A stretch of 64,000 bases of DNA from Lingula anatina (lineage: Eukaryota; Animalia; Brachiopoda): contig CM120641.1 in assembly GCA_051362555.1 (NCBI GenBank), positions 38,012,401-38,076,400 on the forward strand. Direction: 5' to 3'. Under the pieces are notes generated by a model, which worked only from the letters and a program-made list of their open reading frames with translations, did no database searches and had not been told where the DNA came from. Made by a program: the position numbers and the translations under genes. This document shows positions 1-12,400 of the stretch, in pieces; positions within the stretch are counted from its first letter, which is position 1, and the number at the start of each line of letters is the position of its first letter.

Positions 1-3000
1 GTCTTCAATACTTTTTTTAATAGCCTCTTTCATTGCTTCATCTTCTTGCATTCTTTGGTGATCCCTTATCCAATCGGGGTCCTTGGATTCATTGTGGGAT
101 TCTTTGTCTACAAAATCAACATCAGAATAGTTGGAAGATTTTGGTTTTCATTAGAGCCAATACTAATAAAAATTTTAAAATATATCATATAAAATGCTCA
201 GTGGTTTAAGCAGATTGTGAACATTATGCAAACAGTGCAATATAAATAATACAACATAATAAAATAAGTTTGATCTTGAACAAAATAGAACTCATTCATA
301 CCTTTTGTGCCAGTGACAGGAGGTTTCTTTTCCACTGAGCGCTTCAAATTTTTCAGTGAGTAAGTTTGAGTTGTCATCTTTAAAGGTGTGGAAGACGTGA
401 AGTCAATTTCATGTTCACTGCTGCTTTTAGCCGTATCACTGCTAATAATTATTTCTGGTGGCAGATCATGAACTACTGCCTCATTTTTTCTCTTAGAGTT
501 AGGCACTTGGACATCTTGTTTTTCCTGCTGCCTGGTATCAATTTGATTATCATAATAATCAAGAACACTTTCCTTTGAACCACCTTTTAACTGAAAGGGA
601 TTTTCTGGATTTGATGCATCGTCAAATGCCACATTGTCCATGTCAATGTCATTATGCTCAGAAATAAGCTGTAAAGTGCTTCCAGTTTCTGGATCCTGGG
701 AGTTTTTCACATCTTCTGCCTCTTGTAAACTCATTTCCAGTGCTGCTTGGAGCTGGTCCTCTTCACTCAGGCTTTCAATGTTACTGCTTTCTACTGAAAT
801 AACCATTTAACATTAATAAAATTTACAGCAATTTCAATAATGTCAATAATGAAGATGACAGCATCTCCTTAAGGATTTCAGCAAACTTGTACACTTTATC
901 ACCCATTCTTTACTTGAAACAGTGACAAGGCTGTCTTTATTCTGAAAGAAAGACAGTTTTGTGCATATTACTGCAAAGAAAATCTTCCTTACAATTCAGC
1001 TATCTTTGAAACTGAACCTGGAAAGTCAGAACTCAGTTTCCTACCTATATAATCCATCCAGCACTCCTACAATAAACATATTTGATGTATTACTTACTAA
1101 TAAACTGACTTTCATGCCTGTCCAGTTCACTGCTCATCTGTTTTTCTGCTTCACTGCCCATATCATACTGCACAGCCTCAGCTGTCTTCTGCTTCTGCAA
1201 TATAACAATTTAACCCCTAAAGTTAAACAGCAAAAAGATATATGTTATCAAAAAAAAAAAAAAAAAATTAAGTTACATATGGCTTCATCAGAAAAAATAG
1301 AGACAAAACAAAGTTAGTCCACCTGTCCCACTAATATTTTAAGTTTTCTTGCAACTTTAATCATAATATATAGAGAGATAAAAATAAATTTAATTTCAAA
1401 AAATGAATAATTAATCATCTCATGCAACTAAAAAGTGTTTTTTGAGACATTATTAAGTTTTTTCTAATCTAAATATGTTGCACATACTTCTGCTTTACCA
1501 AGACTGAGCTGAATTGCTCGGTCAAGTTCTTCAGCTTCATTAGCACTGGGATCTTTCACGTTCTCCATTTTGCTCAGCTCAATTGCCTAAAACAAAATCA
1601 TCAATAAGGTATAATTAACTCTAATGCTTTTAGAATGTATTACAGTAACCGTTTTATGGATTCAGAGAAAGGCATCACACATTTTTTTTACCTTTTTAAG
1701 TTCCATATCCTCTTTTGAAGTCTCATGTTTGCTGAGTTCCAAAACTTTTTGCACAGAGTCGTTGTCTGAATCAGAGGCTGGAGGCCGTATACGTTGGAAT
1801 TTATACTTCTTCTCACTACAACAACAAACAAAAGCAAAATAATAAAACAAAAGTTTAAAAAATGTTTTGCATACTGTATACAAATCAAGTTTACAGACAC
1901 CAAGTTTTGTGTGTATTTTTAGTTTAAATCGTGACTCTCAATATTACCATACACTAAAATTAAAATACTAAATGTAATGTACACAGAGATACCCATAGCA
2001 TAGCTGTCCTGTATCTGGGGACTCTGCATATAATATTTCCAATAATCTAAAGCCCACTATGCTTAAACTATCCTGTCTTTTACAGTAAACATCCTCTTTT
2101 TGTGTTATTAAATATAAGTTTTTGTCAATCATTTTGCATGAAATTATTATTTTGGACCTTAACTAACTTAATAAAAATAGGATAAATCTAGCATAAAGTT
2201 AACTGAAAGCCATGATGCCAGTAACTTTTGTCTATTACCTGCTATGTACTGGGTAATCTAGGCGGCGTCGGGGGGTGTCAGTAATAGTTTGGTTTCGATT
2301 TTCCAGGGAAATCTCATCCAAAGCAGTTTTTCTTGGACTGAAAAAAATTAACAATTGGGTATACAGTCAGTTGATCTAAGCATCAATAAAATAACATTTG
2401 GTATCCATGCAATTACACTTGGCTTATTAACTTAAGTGAGTTTACCAAATTTAGTAAAAAAATTGATTTATTTCTAACAATAAACATTACAAATTACTGT
2501 GTATCCCTTTTCCAGTTTTACCAATGCTATCAATCTGGTTGTGAATTTGAGCAAAGTGCAAAAACAAAAGCAGCTAAAAAGTATAATTACGTATAATTTT
2601 GTCCCAATGTTAACATGATAACCTTGTATTAACTTTTCTCACCTTTGTATGGCAGATGGCACTGCAGCTGGGTATGGGGGTGTGGTTTCTTCTAAACAAT
2701 GCTTCTGTAGTGTTAAAAATTTAGGAATCCCTACACTACGCCCAGATTTGGCCTGCATGGAATTACCAACATTGAAGTGATACCTTTTCAAGTGCAAGAT
2801 TATTATTCTAAAAAATAAAATGAAAAATAGTCAGATGGGATATTCTGATTAATGGTTGAAACCAGAGAATAAAAAATTATAACACAATTATAATTATGTT
2901 AATAAAGGAACAAACATAAGAATTATGATCAACATATAATTTTTCTAACTAAACTCAATTATTCAATTGTGTTACATGGGAAATTTCATAAGACAAATTT

Positions 3001-6000
3001 CAAATTGGTTTATGCTAAAACATTCTAGCATAGAATAATTTCATGGCAAATCTGACTAATTAAATAAACACAGAAGCAACATTTCCTACCTTGGCAACTT
3101 TGTAAACTTATGTGTAACCCGAGCCTTTGATGCTCCACATTTTTCACATTTATATTCCAAAAACTCTCTCCTGAAGAACTGGTCTAAGGAATCTTGGATT
3201 GTTGGTGGAGGTTCCTGGTCTTTCCTGAAAAAAAAAAAAAAAGCACCCAATTATTATAAATTCAAAGTACTTTTTCAGTGTAGATAAAAAATATCAGAAC
3301 ATACTACAAAATCTGCCAATGTAATCAGGGATGAGACCTTTTGGCTCCCAAAAAGTTGGCAATTTGCCAACATGAGAAAAATCTCAATATGGTTGTAGGC
3401 ATCAACACCACCCAAAAAGTCAGAAGTCCACCGATGATTGTCAGGAAAATGTTATCCCTGGGTAAAACCAACACAAATGATCAGAATTTACAGAACATTA
3501 AAAATAACTTTTATTAACTTTGAAAAATCCAAAGAGCTAGACAGTTTACCTTCTTTTGGGCATGTCCAAGGACAGGTCATTGAATTGCTCGGCTTTGGAG
3601 ACTTCTTCTTTGCAACTGTAATGAAAAAATTAGGCATATTCCTTTTTTGTAAAGATTTAATATAATAAAAAAAAATTACACAAAAAATTGACAAGACATG
3701 TCAATTTTGTTAACATTTGCTAAAAAAGCAATCTTCACTCAAGTTTATTAAAATCTATACAATGTTAGATTAGTTGATACTACTAGCACTTACTCTTGGC
3801 ACTGGATAGTATGAAGAACTTCAAATTCAAAGTTCTGCACTGTTGGGTTGATTATGGAAGACTGCATGAACATATTTTTATCTTTTAGGTCAGGACTGGG
3901 GGTGGCTGTACTGGCTTTAATCACCTCTTCCTTTAACTGGTCTATAACTTGACATAAAAACTCATGTGCATCCTAGGGACAGGAAAATAATAATCATAAA
4001 TGAATAATACTGCATATTTTACCCTCTAGGTCTGTCAACAAAAGTTATTTAAGGTGGATTTCTGATACCAACAACAATACTGCTTTTAATGTACCAACTA
4101 CTTCTCAAAAGACTATCTTAATAAAATATTACATGTTGCTCATTTCCTGAGAATCTTTTTGCAGAAGTTGAAATGGCCTGTTTCACATTTCTAAGGAGTT
4201 CTCTTTTTTTCTCTGGAGATTTTCCTTGTCTTTTCTTGGCAAGAAGCAGTCTGTACAAGGCCCTGTTGGAAAAGAATAGCACAGTTACGCTTGGGAAAAA
4301 CTTTATACTATACTCTTTGTCATACTAATCAAAAGTATATAAAACATTTTACAATTGCACTTAGTGATAAGAATATAATCCTGGCAGATATAATAACTAC
4401 GAGAAGCTGACTAAAGGAATCAATTACAAATAGCACTGACTGTTCAAACCAAACACATACAAATATAATGATGGAGGATCCTTGTTCATCATCTTGAAAA
4501 AGACTGACTTGGTTTTCAGCAGATCTGCAGCAAAAGGCTCCAAGCCATACAAGGACTGCAATATGGCGTTCATGTAGCATGTGTTACCAAGGTTGGAGAA
4601 CCTAAATGAAACAAAAATATCACTACATGAGAATTGTCAGTTATTTACAGATCCAAATAATATTAATGCTTTATAGAGCAACGTAGGCTTAAACCACTAA
4701 ATATGGCAAACTTCAATTGTTTTATTAAAAAAATTTTATATGGACACCATGGAAACCAATCTTTCAAAATGCAACAAATAATATTACCCTTGTAATTCTG
4801 ACTGTTGTTTGTTGACTGCCTGTAGACTTGGCTTACTAGACTTCCAGGTATAAGACAAGGCATCATCAGCAAGCCTGGACCGTTTAGCAGGGTGAGGATC
4901 ACTGAGGAATCCTGGGTTACGTTTATTGATGTGAGTCCTGGAAATAACATGATTGAAAAGCAGTGCAATTTCTAAAACAAGTAAGAGCTAATCAGGACTC
5001 AGGTATGTATTTGACAAATAGATAATGTTAGTGCATTTCTGCTCTGGAGACTTTTTGTAACAGCTTATTTACAAAGAAGTATTATTTTTTTTTTAGAATT
5101 ACTTTTTATCTTAACCCCAATGCCCAAGTACACAAAACACATTTTTAAAAATCTGCAAAGAACTTATGATAAGACTGTGTACATAGCTATTCTTTGACAT
5201 TGACTAAATAAAGCAAAAGCAGAAAGTATGTAGCAAATCATTTCATTGTCACTGGATAAGGATGTTCCTGCCCAAATACCTTTTCATAAATCAATAAAAC
5301 AATACCTCTCTCTTTCCCTCTCTCTGTCTTCATCACCCAACACATACCTAAATGCAAACCCTCCATACTCTCTAGGTGTAGAGAGCCCAGCACCATAGAA
5401 CTGCTTGGCAGTTGTGGCTCGAAGACTTTCATGGGATTTCTCCTGGCCTCGTTCCAAGAAGCTCCTTGATGAACCACTTCTACTTGGAGTTTGACTGAGA
5501 AAGGATGGCATTATAGATAAATTTTGTAATAGAATAATTATACAGGTATATAGAAATTGGTATCGATTTTTGCAGAGCACATTCATAGGCATACTAATAA
5601 AGTTAACTGTTATTTTTCAATCACTGTATATATTTTTGTACCTCTTCTGTTATAATACATACAGGGATATTAGCGTTTATCTTCCTTTTTAAACACCAAT
5701 GCAGTATGGGCCATAAAAAACATGTCATTATTTGAAATGGGAATTATTAAGTAGTGGGATTTTATTAAATTTTTGTGATTTTCATATACTGCGACATGAA
5801 TCTATAGATTCGTGTCGCAACCTCAGTTTGGAATGTCAGATGTGACATGAATCTATAGATTCATGGCGCAAAATCAGCTTGGACTCTCAGATGCGACATG
5901 AATCTATAGATTCATGGCGCAAACTCAGCTTGGACTCTCAGAATTTGATATAAATCCAAGATTTCAGTCGGTAGCTTCAAACTTCTCTTTGATGGCAAAA

Positions 6001-6399
6001 ATTACAACACTATGTTTTTTCCATATATATATTTATTCATTTATTTACATATACACACACATATATATTTATTTATTTATGTGCGTGTGTTGTCACACAT
6101 TCAAGAGGTATATCTGAATCCAGTTATGTTGTTTAAGAATACCATAGTGGTCAGTGGTTCTTAAAGTACTCTGATATTTTTGCAAGTTAATGTACTACAA
6201 TGTATAAACAGTTTATGTAAGCATTAACAAATCGTTATATATTGCAATAGGGCTACAGTGATTATAAACACATTCCATTGTTAAAAGGACAACAACTGTT
6301 CAATTTGGCCAAAAAAGTGGATTTTCCTGAGGTAAAGGACAATTTTCCCATACTTACCAATGGTTCATAAATCCATTTCCACATTCAAAATTAGTCCCT

Positions 6400-6431
<32 letters not shown>

Positions 6432-9400
6432 TTTTTTTTTAATTATCTCTTACAATCTCTCAAGAGATTATTACAGAGTGTAACCATCTATGGAAGTCAC
6501 ATGATGTGAAGACAAGCAGAAATTCCAGAATAATTTGGGTTAGTCACCGTTTTGGTGGTAAAATAGCATTTATTATATTTCTGTGAGTTGTTTACAATGT
6601 ATTTATTGTGAAACATGGACATCTTACGAACAGTTGTTATCCCTTTAACCTTACAGATTACTTATGGGATTTGTGACCTGTCAGCACACATTCCAATGTA
6701 TGTGATCTTCTAAAAGATGTTCATGGGTAATCTCCCCCCCCCCTCATTTCTTTCCTACTCTGGGTTGTCATTTATAAGTGCTATCCTCATAGTCTTCTTG
6801 AATTTCAATATAAATTTGATTTAGGTTTCTGCTAATGTTATTCCTCCCAACTAAATATATGCATTTCTCTGTAACAGCAAAGGCAGTAGATTCAACTGTG
6901 GATTTCTGGGGTGACTGAAATGTATATGGAGAAGTTGATGAGTCTAGTGTGCTGCTTGAAATTGGGTCACCCTCAGTTCTGTGTCTCTTTGGTGTGCTGT
7001 ACCTGGGATCTTTTTTCACTCTTGTCTTCAATTATAATTTTGCAGGAAAATTGATTCCTACTAATATCTGCATCTATTTTAGACTTTTTGCAATAGTCTT
7101 CATATCATTTAGGAATATTCTTGGAACTTTTGGCCTGAAGATTCATATATAACACAATGATAAACATTTAAGTCTTATATTAGTACACTAGGGGAGCAAA
7201 GAAAGTATTTAATACACATAAAAATATCCTTCAAACACTATCACCATGGAAGAATTGTTTACTACCATGGCCCATAGGAGCCTAATCGTGCGTCTTTTAG
7301 ACGCCCTTTCACATGAGAAAACAAAATGCATTGTGTCTATTTGTATGTAATTAAGCCATATAGCAGCGGAATTGACAAGAACCCCATTCACACTACAGTT
7401 GCAAAAATGTGCATTTCTATAATTTGAATTTTTCGTCAGGAATTCGATTCCATATTGCATTCACACACGCTAAGCGAAACTGAATCACACGTTGAAAATT
7501 TCCTGTTTTGAACACTCGCGCATGCGCCGCCCAGAAAATCTTAAAATACCAACAAAAATTTGTGACGACAAATACAACTCAAAAGACATTCCAGCATTCT
7601 TGAGAAGTATAAGATGGCAAAATAAGTTTATGTTTCCTCATGTTGTAGTGAGTGGTGACCTCCAAATACGTTTGGTGCAATGGCTAAAGTAATAAACAAG
7701 CGTTCAAAGATACTCGCACTTATCTGCACACATGCGCAGTAAGATCTGTAAAGGTGTCGATTCCGGTAAGTTATTCGAATCGCGCTTAGAAATCCACCTC
7801 GCTTGCAGGCTTTTGAAAATTCACATTACAGAAATACTCTTGCGTTCACACTACTGCATTTATTCGAATTGTGACCTAATTCGCAACTTATCTGGATAAC
7901 TGAGCGTAGTGTGAATGGGGTAAAGGTCTATGCCGCGTTCGTCTTTTACAGACCCAAAAATGACATGGCTGTGTCTGTTCCGCCACTTACTTAATTCCGT
8001 GTCCATAGATGCAAGATTGACACGACTCATGTCGCGTTCGTCTCTTAGGTAACTGTGGATTTTTGAGCTTCAAATGGCTATGTTATAAGACTCTAAATTC
8101 ACATGGTCATGTCTTGTTTGTCATTCACTAAGACCCATAGATGCGTATTGACCATATCCACGCTGCATTTGTCTTATACTGTGCATCTTATAAAACACGA
8201 AATTGACATAGCTATGCTTATTTAGTAACTTGCTGGTCATTTGAAGCTCGAAAATCCACAGTAAGGGCGCATTCCCATAGATGTTAGATCAATCTATCCC
8301 TGTGGGGGTCTCACTAGATTACTGTCAGATAATCTGGCTTAAATGTCCGTCCCACCTACTACAAGCTGTAAGGGGTTATTAACTTTCGTGCCTGCTCGGC
8401 TGACAGCTACTTAGCGTGAACCCCCAGGGAGTTATGTCGATCTAGTTGGATCGATGTAATCTCTGGGAATGGGGTCTAAAGGATGAAAGTGACATGGGTT
8501 GTATCAATTTTGTATCTATGGAGTTCAGTAAGTGGCGAAACAGACACATCCATGTCATTTTTGGGGCTCAAAGCTCTGTAGTAAAAGACAAATTGGGCAT
8601 GGGCCTTGTCAATTCCGCTGCTATAGGGCTTAATAACATACAAAACAGACACGTTGCATGTCGTTTTTGCATGTAAAGGGGCGTCTAAAAGACAAATGCG
8701 TAGGCTCCTATTGGCCATGGTAGTTGGGAAATGGGTTTTTGCTGCTACAATGTACAGTAGGTTCACTTTCTCCTTTGCAACTACTTACACTGACCTCCTA
8801 AGTGAAGTTAAACCTTTCAGCAAATGAATGATGAAGGGATTGGGTTTCCCATATCACTTTCACATACCAGAACCAAGGTTTCCACTAGATTTTGCACGTA
8901 GTGGTCATTTTCACCCCCACAATGGGGGTCATTTTCAAAATTTAGGGATCAAGAATTTAAAATTTTGAAAGCACATTGAAATAAATTTAAGAAGCAATAA
9001 AAACAACATTAGTAATAAGTGTCATTTATTATCACTTTATTTTTTTACTTCCTTCTGTTTTTGTCAGTTTTAAATTTTGCAAGGGCAGCACCAAAATTAA
9101 ACTCTTCAAGTTTTGGCCCCTCTATGGAAAGTAACATTAACCTCTCCACATGCTCTGAACTTTTAATCTACTCCTCGATTTTGTGTGGATTCTGTTCATA
9201 CAACTAAATCCTCTTTCACAAGGCACACTACCAATTGGGATAACCAGTGCCATAATACCCAACTTGCAAAAGAATGGATACAAATCTTTGTAGTCATCTG
9301 TTAACACATGCTTAGAAAAACTTGCTAAATTCATATGCCTGTGAACATGCACAAGTTGCTTGAACATGGGGTAGTCTGCCACCAGACCATCCCTATCAAT

Positions 9401-12400
9401 GACAGACCTTATCACATGAAAGCTGTAGGTGAACAAGGTCATTTAAAGAATGTCACTAATGGAACTTTCTGAACTTTACTGACATTTACAAAAACAAGTA
9501 AATAATGTTACACTGAGGACTGAGATACATGTAAGTGTGTGTCAAATAGACGCAATACATTTTAAATTGGGGGTCAATTTTGATAAAACAGTGTGCTAAC
9601 TGGAACTCTGTAGATGCAAGTTTTGGGTAAGTTGGAAGATAGCTGAATACTAGGTGAATGCATTACGGTACTGCCATAATGCAACTTCTGTTAAAAAGAA
9701 GTGAACCCCATGAGACAAAACTCATGAGACCCTAGCTACATGTACCTGCCTTTAAGTTAAAGTATATATGGATACAAAATGGAATAAATACAATATGCAC
9801 TATCCCCCCCTGGCTGGGTATCTCTGTGAGTATCTCCGTGAATATCTCTGGCGACATTATCTCCGTAGATAGATGATTCATTGCTGCTCTACGGGCCAAT
9901 TCATTTTTTTTCGTCTCTGTTTTGAAACATTATAGAACAGAAGAGCTTTTTTTCTTTCGATTGCCTCCAGCCACCATGCTTTCTTCACCTCGAGTTTAAT
10001 TGATGAGCATGCGCACTTAATATTTCTCAGGTAGCTTCCGCATGGCGAACGGAGCCGAAATTTAATGACTGTACCCCGCAGGGACGACGTGTGAGAGGCG
10101 GAGAGACTATTAAAAGATTAGGCGTTTTTTCTTTCATGTACGTCCGCCATATTTAGTTCCAGGATTTGTAAAGCCTGGCTCAACTCATTGTGAATGCGAT
10201 CTAAGACCCCATTTCCATAGATTTTAGATCGATCTATCCTACTGGGGAGTCTTACTAGATTACTGTCAGCTTAGCTGGCTTAAGTGTCTGCCCCGCCCAC
10301 TAAAAGCTGTAAAGGGGTAATTATCTATGGTGCGCGCTCGGCTGACTGCAATTTAGCGTAAACCCCCAGGGAGTTAGGTCGCTCTATATCTTAATTTCTG
10401 GATCGATCTAAATCTCTGGGAATACACCCTAAGACCTCACTCTCTTCCACAATAAAACCTCTCATCCAAAGCTCCTATTGTTCGGCCTTTAAAGCCCACC
10501 TAGCATCCCTGAACACGGAGGGTAAAAAATTACGCACCTACAGCACCTTCAAGAAAGATTTTAAAAGAGAAATATACATATAATTAATCCATAGCTACAG
10601 ACCTTTGCAAATTCAGAATAAGTGCACACAATCTGGCTATAGCAAGGGGGGGGACGCAAGAACCCTAAAATACCGATAGAGAAAAGGCTATGCACGTTGT
10701 GCAACATGTGCTCAGTCAAAGATGAGTTCCATTTTCCCTGCTATGCTCTACTGAGAGACTTATATTTTAACCAGGTTAGAGATATACTGGGCAGTGCAGC
10801 CCCTGAGTCCATCAGTGAATTTTTCTTACCATACTGCAATGTAATGATTTTGATATCACAAAATGCACATCTGACTTTCTTTTTGATTGTTTTTAAGCTA
10901 GGGATATGAAAATTGCATCTATGCTGAATAAAACCTAGATAAACACATGATGCAGTTCTCATATCCCCCTAAACAACAGAAAGTTTAATATAAGGTTTAG
11001 TGTAGCCTATTCTAGTTGAATTAGATTTTTTTGGGGTGGGGTGATCCCCATATTGATCTATATTGTGTAGTACTTGTACTTTTTTTTTCACCTCTCTTTC
11101 CTTTCCCTGCATTAGTTTAGACATGATAATGTATATCTAACTGTTTACGGTAATCACTGCGGATTCCTTTTTGTATTTGTATTTGATCATGCCTGAATGT
11201 AGGACAATTGTCAATAAACTTCTGTATCTGCTTAGCTGCCCACCTTATGATGACCTCTGGTGCCCCTTTATTGCTAGAATCCAAACCTACTCAACTAATA
11301 AAAAAATGACCTCTGGTGCCCCTTTAAGCTCTTCAAATCCCATATGGGATGGAGGAGGGAATAAAAGACATAGTGATTTCACTGCTTATATATGCATGTA
11401 AAGTATAATCCTAGATCCCCCATTTCAAAGGTTCTGGAAACACTCAAATTTGATCCTAAGTTATTACTTATCATTATTATAACTATTGTTTATTATTATA
11501 AATGCTATTATTAATTAATACCAGTTGGTCCAATTAAGCTGGGGGTGCAATAGGAATCTATAGGTGCATGTCGCATCCGAGAGTCCAAGCTGAGTTTGCA
11601 CCATGAATCTATAGATTCATGTCGCATCTGAGAGTCCAAGCTGATTTTGCGCCATGAATCTATAGATTCTATAGATTCATGTCGCATCTGACATTCCAAG
11701 CTGAGGTTGCGACATGAATCTATAGATTCATGTCGCAGTTTGTGAAAATCACAAAAATTTTATAAAGTCCCACTACTTAATAATTCCCATTTCAAATAAT
11801 GACATGTTAAAAATGGTTCACTTACTTCCCACTGGTTATGTTTTCCTTATTTTCTTTGTCCTCCTTCTCTTCATCAAATTCTAAATCTTCACCACTGGAG
11901 ATGTCAAATATTATATGCTTTCCTTTGGGAACCCTTAAAATCACAGTTCATATCAGTCTATAAATTAACTTTCAAATTCTATGTATTTGTTAACATTATC
12001 AAAACATTTCTTAAAATGTGGACAAAAATGAACATCCTTCTCACAGCAAGAAATTTATCAACATATTTGGCTGTCACTTAATTTTTACTATACTTTGACA
12101 GGAAGTTTGGATGGGAACTAAACTAAACCAGATAGAGCCAAATGGACATCCCAGACAACATGATAACATATAGACCTCCATCATTCAATAGGGTAATTAA
12201 TTAGTCTTGTCTTGCAATGTCATTTAGGCCCTTCCAGGATTAAACATTTACCCTGGACGGTGTCTTTTGTGCAACCATGAAACTGGCATTGCTGTGATCG
12301 TAGAAAGGAGGCACAAGCATCGCTTTGGTTGCAAAATGAATACTTAATAATTGGCCAGTTTTATTTAAACTCTCAAATGGATTTGTACTATGGGATGCAG

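Larger units (their letters stand above)
7260..8724. mobile_element. Long-TIR non-autonomous element (ACTACCATGGCC...GGCCATGGTAGT) with two nested MITEs
   Basis: 7260-7379 (continuing after 7925) is inverted relative to ~8480-8724. Confidence 0.75.
5711..11816. mobile_element. Putative ~6.1-kb composite DNA transposon with ~230-bp TIRs built from palindromic sub-repeats
   Basis: 5718-5942 is the reverse complement of ~11575-11808. Both arms carry 51-bp-period units with the 20-bp palindrome CATGAATCTATAGATTCATG. The segment fills almost the whole 6.3-kb intron, whereas other USP37 introns are a few hundred bp. No clear TSD. Confidence 0.6.

Noticed and set aside
5790-5942. CRISPR-like look of palindromic repeats separated by ~21-bp spacers (also 11560-11740)
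   Set aside because: Spacers are near-identical to each other, there are no cas genes, and the context is a eukaryotic intron; better explained as TIR sub-repeats.
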